From the NCBI RefSeq assembly GCF_037042905.1, contig NC_087246.1, forward strand, positions 62,001 through 126,000: 64,000 bases of DNA, written 5' to 3'. The number at the start of each line of letters is the position of its first letter. Within the stretch, counting starts at the first letter, position 1. Origin of the DNA: Lytechinus pictus (Eukaryota). A program made the position numbers and the translations under genes. Positions 51,143-63,647 of this stretch are shown piece after piece. The notes below the pieces were generated by a model. The model was not told the origin of the DNA. It did no database searches and was given only the letters and a program-made list of their open reading frames with translations.

Positions 51143-51912
51143 TAGTCCAGGATAGGCCCCAAAATCACATTTTAAGGCAGTATTCCACTAATTTACCACA
51201 AAAGCATGCATTTTAGCGCTCACCTTGTGATTGTTTTTTTCCTATCTAACATCGTACATAATACTTCTAGGGCCTTTGGTGGCCATTTTAAATATCAAAA
51301 TACAGGATTTATCACACACATGGCATGTTAAATTACATATTTTGTTAATATGTTTTTAGTCAGTATTTCACTCGTTTATCTTAATAAAATGCATTTTAGT
51401 GCTCATTCTTGTGATTTTTTCGCCCATTCACATTGTACATAATAGTAGGGCTTTTGGAGGCCATTTTGAAAATAAAAATACAGATTTATCACACACATGA
51501 ATTAACAAATGATATATATTGTTAGCAATCATGTTTTCGGACCTTACTTCACTCATAGATCATTATTATTTGCATTTTAGTGCTCACTTTTGTAAAACTT
51601 TCCCAATTCATATTGTACAGGGGTCTATCGCAGCCATTTTGAATATCAAGAAAATATTTTGTCAAAAATCATTTTTTCGGAGAGTATTTCACTCCGGCAG
51701 TATAACTGCATGTTCATGTATTCATAGCCAATGTGTGGACAATTTTATGATTTTCATGGATAATTTGAATATTTTGACAGCCATATTAGATTTTGCCAAT
51801 TTGCAGAAAATGCTCAAGGTAACAAGTGGCATTATTTAGATTCGTAATCAGCGCGCTCGAATTGACCAGAAACCATAAAAAAACATGGTTCAGCCCCTTC
51901 TATCCTGGACTA
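51143..51912. mobile_element. Academ-like non-autonomous element (TAG...CTA, 3-bp TSD)
   Basis: 13-bp TIR tagtccaggatag / ctatcctggacta with CAC on both flanks. Internal ~160-bp diverged repeats. Confidence 0.7.
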
Positions 51913-52654
51913 CACCGGGGGGGGGGGGGGCATGCAATACCCATGAATATAGTTTTGTCTTTTAAAAACTTTTTAGGGGTCACATTCTGGCGACAACTTG
52001 TTTAGGGGCCAAAATGTGTAAATGGTAATAAACTTGTTTAGGGGGTATTTTGCACACAGAGAAAAACTCAATGGTATGGAAATCCCGGGGAGGGGCCACT
52101 TCCATTGACAAGCGGATACCATGCGTGACCATAAGGTCTTGAAAAGCTCCCTAAACAAGTATTTTCCATATTGTGAAAATGCACCCCTTAACAAGTATTG
52201 GCATGTGAAAGAAACCCTATACCCTTAACAAGTATTAGAAACAAAATGATACCCTTGGCAAGCCTATTCCCTGAATTAAACCCCATAACAAGTACAACAA
52301 TATTATATGTTACGGACGTTGGTTTTACCTTTACCTACATCATTGGGTTTACAACCCCACTTCCCACACCTCGGGCAATCGGACTTTAAACACGTAGTGT
52401 TGACTGTTGGGGCAAAAGTACATCCTTTATAAAAACATTTTAGTCTTTTTTTATACCCTCGCAAATGTGTTTTTAACACTCTTATTACGTTACGTACGTA
52501 ACGTGCCCTATCTTGAAAAAGACATCCTTTTTACGTGTTTTTTTGGTCGCGCATGGTATCCACTCGTCAATGTAAGTGCCCCCCCCCCCCTAGAATATTT
52601 CCCTTGTTCTGTAACCTAAGCCATTATTATTACATGTAATGTTAGACATTTTAA

Positions 52655-53307
52655 CCCTGAAAAAGCATGGGGGTTGAATCACCCCCCCCCCTCCCCTCCC
52701 CGGGGGGGCCACTTCCATTGACGAGTGGATACCATGCGCGACCACGGGGTCTTGAAAAGCACCCTAAAAACGTATTTTCCATATTCTGAAAATGCACCCC
52801 TTATCAAGTATTGGCGCGTGAAACCCTACCCTTAACAAGTATTTGAAACAAATACTATTGGCAAGTATTCCCAGAAATGAACCCCTAAACAAGTACAGAG
52901 ATATTCTATTGTTATGTCACGCGTCCGTCGGTCGTCGGTTTTACCTTTAGACACCATTATTTTGGTTTAGTACGGCCCCACCTTCCACACCTCGCGCAAA
53001 TAGGACTCTAAACACGTAGTGTTGGGGCAAAAAGGACATCTTTTATAAAACATTTTGATTTTGTTTTATCATCCTCACATATTTGACCCTAAACACGTAT
53101 ATTTTTCCGAGCGAAATAGATACCCTTTTTTTAATATTTTTGTGTTTTTGACACCCTTATCACGTTACGTACGTAACGTGCCCTATCTTGAAAAAGACAT
53201 CCTTTTTACATGTTTTTTTGGTCGCGCATGGTATCCACTCGTCAATGTAAGTGGCCCCCCCGGGCTCCCCTCCCAGCTAACACGCAAAAAGCCTAGCCTG
53301 ATTAGGG
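52655..53307. mobile_element. Short piggyBac-like MITE (TTAA|CCC...GGG|TTAA) containing an 8-bp-TSD MITE
   Basis: ttaa|ccctgaaaaag ... gattaggg|ttaa. Confidence 0.65.
52699..53264 (+). mobile_element. CCCGGGGGGG-terminal MITE, 8-bp TSD CTCCCCTC
   Basis: TSD at 52691-52698 and 53265-53272. Inverted homolog of 39428-40092. Confidence 0.9.
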
Positions 53308-54080
53308 TTAAAGCTCTGTTGGTTTCAACCCAGTTAACCCTAATAGTACCGTGGGGAACAGGGCATTAGTGCCTTTATGGGCCTCCTAAGATGTCAGCCG
53401 TGGAATGCACAAATTAGGAATTAAAAATGAAATGATGATACAGCACTATCCTCTAACATTAGATTTAGAGATTACCCCCCCCCCTCCCCATCTATTAGGG
53501 CTTAAAAAAATGAAAGTAAACATTTCACTCAAGTGGACTCATACCACCACTAGCATAGAAAGAGATCAAATGTGACAAAGAACAAAAACCAAACATTTCT
53601 GACAAAAGAACCAGGCCCTATAAGGTGGAGGTTACCCAGATTCATAAAAGAACTCTTGTTCTAACGTGAAGAAGGTTTACAGTTCACCATGTGTAATATG
53701 AAGGAGGGAAGGAAATACAGGCAGAAAGATTGAAATGGAAAGACGAGAAAGGATGAAAAGGGGAAATTAGAAGTATTCTTTCTTGAAAGTGAGTTAAGTC
53801 CTGAAAAGGACTGTAAACCAGATGAGATGAGCCAAATATGGCTTGAGTATAGCGATGGATTGAGTAGTAGTAGGATGAAGTGAAGAGAGGTTACTCGACA
53901 TTTCAGGCAGATTGACCGTCTTGTTCTTTGTTACAGTTCTTTTGTGGACTTCACCCAGACCCCCCCAAAAAAAAATTGTTCTAAGCAATAAAATTACACA
54001 AACTGCATCCAATATAGCAGCTTTATTCAACCAAGATTCATGTTTATAATGCCACACAGAATAAGAAGCATAACTTGTAC

Positions 54081-54236
54081 CTGTTTAGCCGGTCCACACA
54101 CAGCATCTAGACATGTTTTGATATTAGGATAAGCACAACAGTTGCATGACTCTGCCAATGCTATCCAGCAGTCACAGCATTGTAGACTTCCATCTTCTCT
54201 ACCACAAGGTGCACATTCTACACAAATACCTCTTGC
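54081..54236 (-). CDS. Cys-rich protein exon ARGICVECAPCGREDGSLQCCDCWIALAESCNCCAYPNIKTCLDAVCGPAKQ
   Basis: ccctgcttag|GCA ... CAG|gtacaa. 156 bp, phase 0/0, 11 Cys. Confidence 0.85.
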
Positions 54237-54859
54237 CTAAGCAGGGATGATACAAAGTTTTGGATGAAAATAAAAAGTTAAACGCACCAAAAAACAAAGT
54301 TTATTTAAATAAAAAAGGAAAAACAATCCATCAAGCATAAACCTAAAATTTTCATAAAAAACCACATGTAAAATATGACAGTTTCGTCATTTTAAATTTT
54401 TGCTAATTTTCTAGTTGCATGAGGCAAAACCGTTGTTGAAAAAGGCAAACCCCTGTTACGAACCATGGAATACCTAAATCACCCCAGGTCAGTTATCTAA
54501 GTATCTAAACATGTGTTTCTTGACCTCGATAGGTCCTAAAAAAAACTAAACCACAATTACATACGCAGCGCGCAGATTCAAGCAAACCATCGCATGCAGT
54601 CATTTTTTATTTATTTTAATAGTTTCCTTATTTCGGGGCCGATTTTCTTAGTTCGAAACTCAAAACAGTATAACATTGGATTTCAAAATACAATATTTAT
54701 ATCCTTTTGAAAACTTGATTAAATATCAAATAAAATAATCTAACTCCAAAAGGCCTACTACAGGCAGAGCTGCTCTTACGTAATATCAGCTGTTGTTTAT
54801 GGTCTAACCCATTATCGGCAATACAGGGTTGATAGCGCTTGGAAATAAAATATCATGAG

Positions 54860-55745
54860 GGCCGTCTGCACCATCCCGAGGTTTCAAATTAGCGCGCTAT
54901 TTCTGATCCGGCAAATTATCCCGATCTGAAAAATCTCGAGATTTTGCAGTGGAGACGCAATTATCGCGCTAGTTCGTAGGATTAATCTCGAGATTGCAAT
55001 CCCAAGTCAACTCGGGTTTATTTGCAAAATAGCGCGCTATTTTACGAATTATCCCGCTAATTCGTAGGTGCAGACGCACTCGAGATTGGACTCGGGGTAA
55101 TTTATTCATGACGTCAGTCCATAATGCAATTCGCGTTCCACTTCCGCCTAGGTCAAAACATAAACACGTGCGAAAGTCAACTTTATACATGCGAATAGCG
55201 TTCATCAATTGCCTAATCAGCAACGATGGTGTCCCACCAGTGAATGGATTTTGGGAGAGACCAGACCGAAGGGGGAGGCGCTCATCGACGATGGTCATAT
55301 TCAATAACAACACTGACAGCAGTGTCGTCTTATTCCTTCGCAAAATGTGAGCAAATAGCATTTCTTTCCTCCTTCTCTCCCTCTCTCCCTCTCTCTGTCG
55401 TTGCCTCCTACTCCGCCATCATATTTAACGAAGAATACATCACTTCTTCACTCGCTGAGCTGAGAGAATTGTTGCATAACACCCGTCAAATTCGGCGAAA
55501 GTGCTAGTGAAAGGAGTACATTGCTTGCATATCGCGGGAAGTTATTCAAAAGCGCGGGCCGTTGAAACTCCAAGATCCGAAAGTGCGCATGCTCGGAATA
55601 TCGGGCTTGTTGCCTCGCTCGAGCAGGAATCGCTCTTCTTGCGATGGTGGAGACGGGGTTTCTTGAATCTCGAGATTAATCGCGAAGTAGGCCGATCGGG
55701 CTAAAATCTCGAGATTGAGCAAACTCGGGATGGTGCAGCACCGCC
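54860..55745 (-). mobile_element. PIF/Harbinger-like non-autonomous element
   Basis: TIR ctgcaccatcccgag / ctcgggatggtgcag and repeated aatctcgagatt palindromes. Minus-strand remnant SVWSLPKSIHWWDTIV resembles Harbinger transposase N-termini. Confidence 0.55.
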
Positions 55746-56849
55746 TATGGATCCTCTCTCTTTCTGTCTCTCTCCCTATCTTCTTTTACGTTTCTGTGTT
55801 TCCTCTTACTTTTCCTTCTTTACATTTATATTTGTTTCTTTAAATGTTATTATTTCCTTCCTCGGTTCCTATCTTTCTTTCCTCCTTCCTTCCTTCGGCT
55901 TCTATCTTTCTTTACTTCTTTCTCTTTCTTCCTTTCTTTCTTTCTTTCTTTATTGCATACGCAGCGGGACGATTCAATCAAATTCTGCAGCCCACCAGCG
56001 CATGCAATCATTTTTATTCTCTTTAACAGTTTCCTTTTTTCGAAGCCGATTTTCTTCGTTCGAAATTGAAAACAAATTAACATTGACTTTCAAAATACAA
56101 TATGCCTTTGAAAACTTGATTAAATATTGCAGTGTAAAAACGTCGACTTCATAATGTGTTATATAATGTGTCATAATGTGGCCCTGGTTGACAAAAGTGT
56201 CTAAACCACTGAAGAGGCTACATGTACCCTGGGTAAAGAAGACAAATGAAAAAAAATATATATCAAATACAATAATTTAATTCCTAAAGGCCTACTACAG
56301 GCAGAGCTGCTCCTACATAATATCACAGCTGTTGTTTATGGTCTAACCCTCGGGCTTGCGCCTGCAGACAATGATGAGCAAATTAAAATATTTCATATTT
56401 CCTAAAATGAAAATACAAAATAAATAGTGAATGGGTGATGTCATCAGTCCCCTCATTAGCATACCAACCAGGATGGAAATTAAGTGAAACTTTAAAATGT
56501 CACAACTTTCTTATTGTGCGTCCCATTTTGATCAAATTTTCAGAATTATGCTTGTTTATTCTCCATATATATCTAAATAAACTTTTTGTTGGGGAGGACT
56601 TGTCCTTTAAGTACATACATGTATGTATATAATGCACAATGTAAACAGATATCAAAATAGAGTCAAGTTATTTGGACCATCTCAAGACAAGGAGATTTGG
56701 GGTAGGTGGAGAGATTGATTAAGGCCCCCCCCCCCCCCCCATGCGTTGTGACGAAAATGGGCATCAACATTCCATTACAGAAACTACAAAATGTTATTGT
56801 CAATTCAGAAATATTTCCATCTTAATTACTTATCAATTACTTAAAATCT

Positions 56850-58715
56850 ATCTATTCAGCAATACCTCCAACATGGCCAAAGTTTGTAGACCCTAAATGA
56901 CCTTTGACCTTGGTCATTTGACCTGAAACTTGCAAAGGATGTTTGGTGATACTTGATTGCTCTTAAATATAAGTTTCATTAACTAGATCCATAAACTATC
57001 AAAGTTATGATGGAAATTCAACAAATTCCCCAATATGGGCAAAGTTTGTTGACCCTATAATGACCTTTGACCTTGGTCATGTGACCTGAAACTCGCACAG
57101 GATGTTCAGGGATACTTGGTTGCTCATGTCGAGGTTTCATGAGAATTATCTGACTGAGAATTATCTTTTTTTTTGTTATATTCATGACCAATTAACATGC
57201 TTCATTCAGGCTTGAATGAACATGTCGAATGTGAAAAGCTCTTTTTTACGTTATTGGAAAAAAATGCAATTGCTATCTATGGATATCTGTCACAAACCTT
57301 CTTGCATAGTTCATTTGATTTGATTTTTATGAAAATACCGATGTCTAATGCTCCAGTGAGCACATAATATTCGAAAATTATGCAAATAAGAACTAAGTTC
57401 AAGGCCTTGGCCCCATTTTGTGCCGTATCGAATGATTATTTTGGTGTGCGCACCTTTTTGATAGTGTCACTCTGAAGCCATGTGCAAAGTTTCATGAAAA
57501 AACTGATGGCAGAAGTAACAAAAACCGTCCGTGAAACAAACCCTTTTTTCACTTTTGTTAAAATTTTGATTTCCTCTCCCATAGACATTGTGTTCACTAT
57601 GGGTGCATATGTTTAAGAATAAGCAACCCCTTATTAAAAATGGTGGAACTTTTTTTTCAAAACTGTCTTTAGCAATGTCATTTGGCAGTAATGTTGATCA
57701 ACCTATGGGCAGAATTTGTTTATTTATGGATGAGTGAGCACGCATCAAAGGGGGAATGGCATTTTTAATGTCACAGACTCATTTTGAGGGGTTATAAATT
57801 GAATAGGGGGGGGGGCAAATTCAGTTTCAAATGTGACTTAATTGCTTTTATTTTTGTGATCCATCATCTTTATCACCACACACTTTCCAAACTTTTTACA
57901 CTTTCATGGTTGAGCGAGCACACTTGAAAACGAATGAATGCTCTTTATATTGCATAATGCATTCTTTTCCTTACAATTTCTAAGGATCAGTTGAATTTAT
58001 GGACTAGTGAGTCGTGAATCCACAATTTGAAAATGGGGAGGGGGCTGAGCAATTGGAGGAGGGGAGCCACTAACATTTTACAATTTTAATGTGCTTTTTT
58101 TAAGTTATAGAGGATACTACCATAAACCCCTATGATGATACGTCACAAAAAAATTGTGCTCACTCAACCATGAACATAAGTTATCAAAATTTTGTGTGGA
58201 GTGTCTAAATGATGAATAATAAAAATAGCATTAGCACCATAAAATTCACCAAAAAACATCCTTCGCCAAACTTTGTATTTACACAATCTGAAAAACGACT
58301 CTTGTGACTTTAAAAAAATTGCCATTTTTAATTCAATCTTTGATTACTCGTATGCATGACTCAACCGATCACTCTAATTTTTTCCCAGGAGTTGCGTAAT
58401 GAATGTAGAAAACCACCTACGAAAAATTACATCTCAAAATTGTTTTGTTCAAAAGTTACAACATTTTGATTTAGGGGGGACTTACTTTTTTTGTTGTGTA
58501 TAGATCCATAAACTCTCCAAGTTATGATGGCAATTAAACAAATACCCCAACATGGCCAAAGTTCCTTGACCCAAGATGACATTTGACCTTCGTCATGTGA
58601 CTTGAAACTCGGCAGGATGTTCAGTGTTATACCATTACCCTTATGTCCAAGTTTCAGGAACTAGATGACGACTTTTCAAAAACATAACCTTGTTTAAGAT
58701 TTCAAAGTTGATTAT
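56850..58715 (-). mobile_element. HINE family A copy containing a truncated Tc1-like element (~57150-58498)
   Basis: Reverse-complement unit motifs. TIR gggggacttacttttttgttgtg|TA at ~58475-58500. Confidence 0.78.
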
Positions 58716-59258
58716 TTAGTGGGTTTTTTTTTTATTGGATTTGTTTTATATCTTAAATCAACTTAATGAGATTTTTTTTCCCATAACAAAGGAAGATGAC
58801 TGACTTTGTTTTTGTTCAAGATGCACACTGTAAAAACTTTAATGAAAACCAATTTCAGAAGAGCATTTGTACTCTTTCAAAGAGACTATTTAGTCTCATC
58901 CATTCTAATGTAGAAAAGCTCACTGCATATTTAATATCTTTAAATCATTTTTTCCCTTGGTCTGAATAACTGAAACATGGCTATACATGTACATTGTGTC
59001 ATTCAGCTCATTTATCCAGAAAAGGTGGTAGAGTGACTTTTTTACATAAATAGCAAACTTAGAAACTACAGATTTTTAAGATTGATGGTGCAGAATTGTT
59101 ATTTATTGAAATTCTTATACCAAAATTAATGGATTTGTTTGTACATCGTAAACCTATTTAGCATTGCTGATTCTACAGGTAGCCTTGCAAAATATTCTTT
59201 TTGTAATATAAATATACCTCCTCTGGAGAGAAAAGGTAATAATCGTATCAAAATTAAA

Positions 59259-61531
59259 CAAGTGGAGTGCCTCTGGCAGTCTCGCTTGCATTACACGATT
59301 TAATATAGCAGCAGTGCTGACTTTGAAAGCTACTATGAAATAATCATTCACAAAAAAAAAACATTCATTTAATGATATAATACTTCGTTCATTGACCATA
59401 AATGACATTTGACCTTGATCATGTGACCTAAGACTTGTCAGTGTTACTTGATTACACCTACATGTACATCCACATTTCATTCACTTTATCCACAAACATT
59501 AAAGGAGAATGAAACCCTTGGAGCAAGTTAGCTTTTGTGAAAGCAGAAAAATCAAAGAATAAGATCAACAAAAGTTTGAGTAAAATAGGACTAGAAATAG
59601 AAGAGTTATGAGCATTTGAATGTCGAGATCACTAATGCTATGGAGATCCTCCCATTGGCAATGCGACCAATATCTATGACGTCACAGATGAACAACTCTC
59701 CCCTTTTGGACACTGAAAATATACCCCAAAACATCTCTTTTTGCTCATTCTAATCATATGACAAACGATTCATCAATGATATAATGTTGTGAAACCTCTG
59801 TACTTGTCCTCTCATAAAGAGAACACCTCACCTTGTGATAGACTCTATAAAAGTGAGAATATAAGTGAAATAAGTACTAAAGTAATGAGGGAGTTGTACG
59901 TGTGTGACATCACAGATCTTGGTCGCATTGCCAATGGGAGGATCTACATGGCATTAGTGATCTCAATATTCAAATGCTCATAACTTTCTTATTATTCATT
60001 CAATCTTCCTCAAACTTTCAACAATATGTTTCTTTGATTTTTCTCTCTAATATGGATTCAGCTGGTTTCAAGGGTTTCATTCTCCTTTAAAGTTATGATG
60101 GCAATTCAAAAATTACCCCTAACATGGCCTAAGTTCATTGGCCTTAAAGGTCAAGTCAATCACAGGAAAATGTTGATTTGAATAAATAGAGAAAAATCAA
60201 ACTTGCTTGTATTATAAAATTTTTCATTTTTTACAAATGTGACAATATGGACCAACTTGACAGAACCATATGATATTAAACAATGCTAATTCCATATGTT
60301 CATGGAGGAATTATTGTTGTTTCACTTGACAATGAGGAGACAATTAGAATATTTTATATAATAAAATTCAAAAGAAATAGTGAGTGGATGATGTCATCAG
60401 TCTCCTCATTTGCCTACCGACCAGGATGTGCATACAAATATTTCGTGAAATTAAGCAAAACTTTAAAATGTATTTGTTTATGCCGAATAAATAATAATAA
60501 TAATAATAATAATAAATAATAATAAAAAATGTCATAACTTTTTTATTTTACATCCGATTTTGATGAAATTTTCAGTGTTATGTTTGTTGGGTTTTATTCT
60601 TTTTATTCAAATAAACTTTTTGTTGGGGTGGACTAGTCCTTTAGATAACTTTTGAAGTTGGCCATGTGACCTAAAACTTGCACGGGATGTTCAGTGATAC
60701 TTGATTACTCTTATGTTCCAAGTTTTATGAACTACATGTAGATCCATAAACTCTCAGTTATGATGGTAATTCAACAGATAACCCCTAATTGGCCAAAGTT
60801 CATTGATCCTAAATGAACTTTGACCTAATAACCTGGAATATAGTAATGTTAAAAGTGAATCCCCTAAGAAAATGGGAATTTAATCTATTATCATGTTACG
60901 TTTTCAGCGTATAGAAGTTTACAAGATGACTGTCATATTAGGTTGTAATATGTATTCGTATATCTGTACATGGATATAAGCTGCTTTTTCGTATACATTG
61001 CGTTGTCATGTTTTATTTTTGATGTTGTTGATTATTATTATTGTTAAAATCACTGATATATTTTTGTTTATGTTTTTTGATAATATTGATTTAATAAAAC
61101 ACATAAAAAAAATAATTAAAAAAAACTTTGACCTTGGTCATGTGACCTGAAACTCAGGCAGGATGTTCAGTAATCCTTGATTAAACTTATGTCCTAGTTT
61201 CATGAACTAGGTCCATATACTTTCTAGGTTATGTCATTTCAAAAACTTAACCTTAGGTTAAGATTTTGATGTTAATTCCCCCAACATGGTCTAAGTTCAT
61301 CAACCCTAAATGACTTTTGACCTCAAGTGGTCATATGACCTGAATCTCAGGCGGGATATTCAGTAATACTTGATTAACCTTATGTCCATGTTTCATGAAC
61401 TAGGTCCATATACTTGGACCTTCTAAGCTATGATGCAGGGCTGTCATTTCAAAAACTTAACTTTCGGTTAAGATTTAATGTTGACGCCGCCGCCATTCGA
61501 AAACAGTCTCGCTCTGCTATGCAGGCGAGAC
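59259..61531 (-). mobile_element. Full-length HINE family A copy with nested Kolobok MITEs (59503-60086; 60148-60640)
   Basis: Both termini present in reverse orientation. TTAA|AGG...CCT|TTAA-type inserts. Confidence 0.85.
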
Positions 61532-62387
61532 AGAAACCTCAAAGATCTTCTTGCATTCTGAAATCTATAAAGTTAAATAACATGTTATGCAGTAAATCCT
61601 AACTAAATACATCTCCAGAAAATGAACTGTATCATAACAAATTTAAATGTGAAAAGGAGTGCGAAAAGAAAATACTATATAAATTCAGAACCATTCAATT
61701 TGATATACGCAAAACATGGAGAATTGTTAACAACATTTTTAATAAGAAGAAATGTTACTTTATTCAAAGCCATTATTTGAAATGGTTGCAATGACCCTAA
61801 ATGACCTTTAACCTTGGTCATGTGACCTAAAACTCAGGTAGGAAGTTGCGAAACTTGACTACTGTTATGTCAAAGTTTCATGAATTGAATTTATATAATT
61901 TCAAAGTATTAAAGGATGGCATTAAAATTGAAAATGGCGCAGATTTCAATGTTGATTTCTTCTGACATGGTCTTAAGTTCATTGACCCTAAATGACTGTT
62001 TTCCTCCTAATCAAGGATTTTATTTTGAAAAATTCATAGCATTACACAGACAAATGTTAAAAATAATTACAATCATGAACTTTTGACAATGAAAATTATA
62101 CAATTAAATATAATATAACAAACAGTATGGGAAATTTTTATCTTCTCTTTGTCTTATATTATTTAGTATTATCCTTTTTTTTCAAATCTCTCTTTCAAGT
62201 AAGAAAACAAGACTGTAATTTCTTTAATCAAAACCAAGTGAATTTCTCTCGAAAATCAATTAATAAATACTCCATAATGCAATGAATATCATCAAATCTA
62301 AGTAAGTATTTTCCAATGTTAATAAGTAACCCATATTGATTTCTATTTCAGTATGGAATAACTTTTAATCAAATACTTAATGAAAGT

Positions 62388-63152
62388 AACAAGGCATAAG
62401 CAATGACGTGTCTCACCCACTTGTGAAAATGACCAGAAATATCACGATTTGCAAGGGCACGCAACAGTATCAAAAGTTCATTGTATAATAACTGGGATGG
62501 AATAACATTTGTCGTAAAAGTCTTGCATGAAAACTTTAATGCTGACCTCAAAATGACATTTTACCTTACCATGAGACCTCCAAACACAATAACATGCAGG
62601 TCTCCTAAGTACATGTACATCAACAACCCAAGTTTGGGTGAAAAAAGATTTTCGGTTTCAGAGTTGAGTGTCATAAGAGTCTTGCATGTAAACTTAAATG
62701 TTGACCTGAAAATGATCTTTGACCTTACCATGTGACCTCCGACTGCAGCATAACATGCAGGTCCCCTTAGTACATTTACCATCTAAGTTTGGTTGAAAAG
62801 TGACTTACATGTACGGTTGCAGAGGTATGTGTCATAAGAGTCTTGCATGTAAACTTTAAAATTGAGCTGAAAATGACCTTTGACCTTACCATGTGACCCC
62901 CACTGTAGCATTAAAAGCAGGTCCCCTAAGTGCACCTACCATCTAATTTTGGTTGAAAAGTGACTTATGGTTGCAGAGTTATAGGTCATAAAGAGAGTTT
63001 GCATGTAAACTTTAACGTTGACCTGAAAATGACCTTTGACCTTAACATGTGACCTCTGACTGCAGCATAACATGCAGGTCCCCTAAGTTCATCTACCATC
63101 CAAGTTTGGATGAAAAGTGACTTATGGTTGCGGAATTATGTGTCATAATGTT
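62388..63152 (-). mobile_element. HINE-like family E with ~135-bp tandem units
   Basis: Minus-strand 5' gtctcgcccacc..ggcgagac hairpin; sub-TIR gtctcacccac at ~62410. A fragment of the unit also occurs at ~44780-44895. Confidence 0.78.
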
Positions 63153-63647
63153 TTTGGCGGACGAACGACATTTGGATTCCCAAGTCTCGCCTTCACCTCT
63201 GGTGGGCGAGACAAAAAGAGATTTGTTTTCCTCGCAGTCAAACTACAACTATCACTGAAGGTGATTAATACCCCTTCCTTCCTCCATTACCATGGCAACA
63301 GTATCCAACACATGGTAAAAAATATGCCTTCCCCATATTTCCCCAAGATTTATGTGTGAGCAAAATATCCTGAAAATGGGTTTTAAAATACTGATGAAGT
63401 AGTTTGAACCGCAAGATTTTTGCTTAACTTGGGGCCTTAAATATGTTGTTACCATGGCAACACAACTTTCGACACACACAAAATGTGTCTCACACAACTT
63501 TACCTTGAAACCTATGTATGAGCCAAATTTAATGAGAATTTGTTGAAAATTGATGAAGTAATTAAAACTGAAAGTTTTTTATCAAATTTTTTGTCATATG
63601 TTGTTACCATGGCAACATGATTTCTGACACACACACCTTTACATCAG

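Noticed and set aside
39278..53369. Recurring ORFs containing 'LEKDILFTCFFGRAWYPLVN'
   Set aside because: They are translations of the TIR of the CCCGGG MITE family, not a protein family.
53790..53940. Penelope-associated hammerhead ribozyme near gtcctgaaaaggac (similar hairpin at ~43872)
   Set aside because: The catalytic core CUGANGA/GAAA and stems could not be assembled convincingly.
55747..56154. 135-aa hydrophobic ORF
   Set aside because: It is a pyrimidine-rich low-complexity tract plus a transposon fragment.
59153..59222. Possible further upstream exon of the Cys-rich gene (GGIFILQKEYFARLPVESAMLN)
   Set aside because: The acceptor is good, but the donor is weak and the phase cannot be linked to the 54236 exon. 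It needs transcript data.
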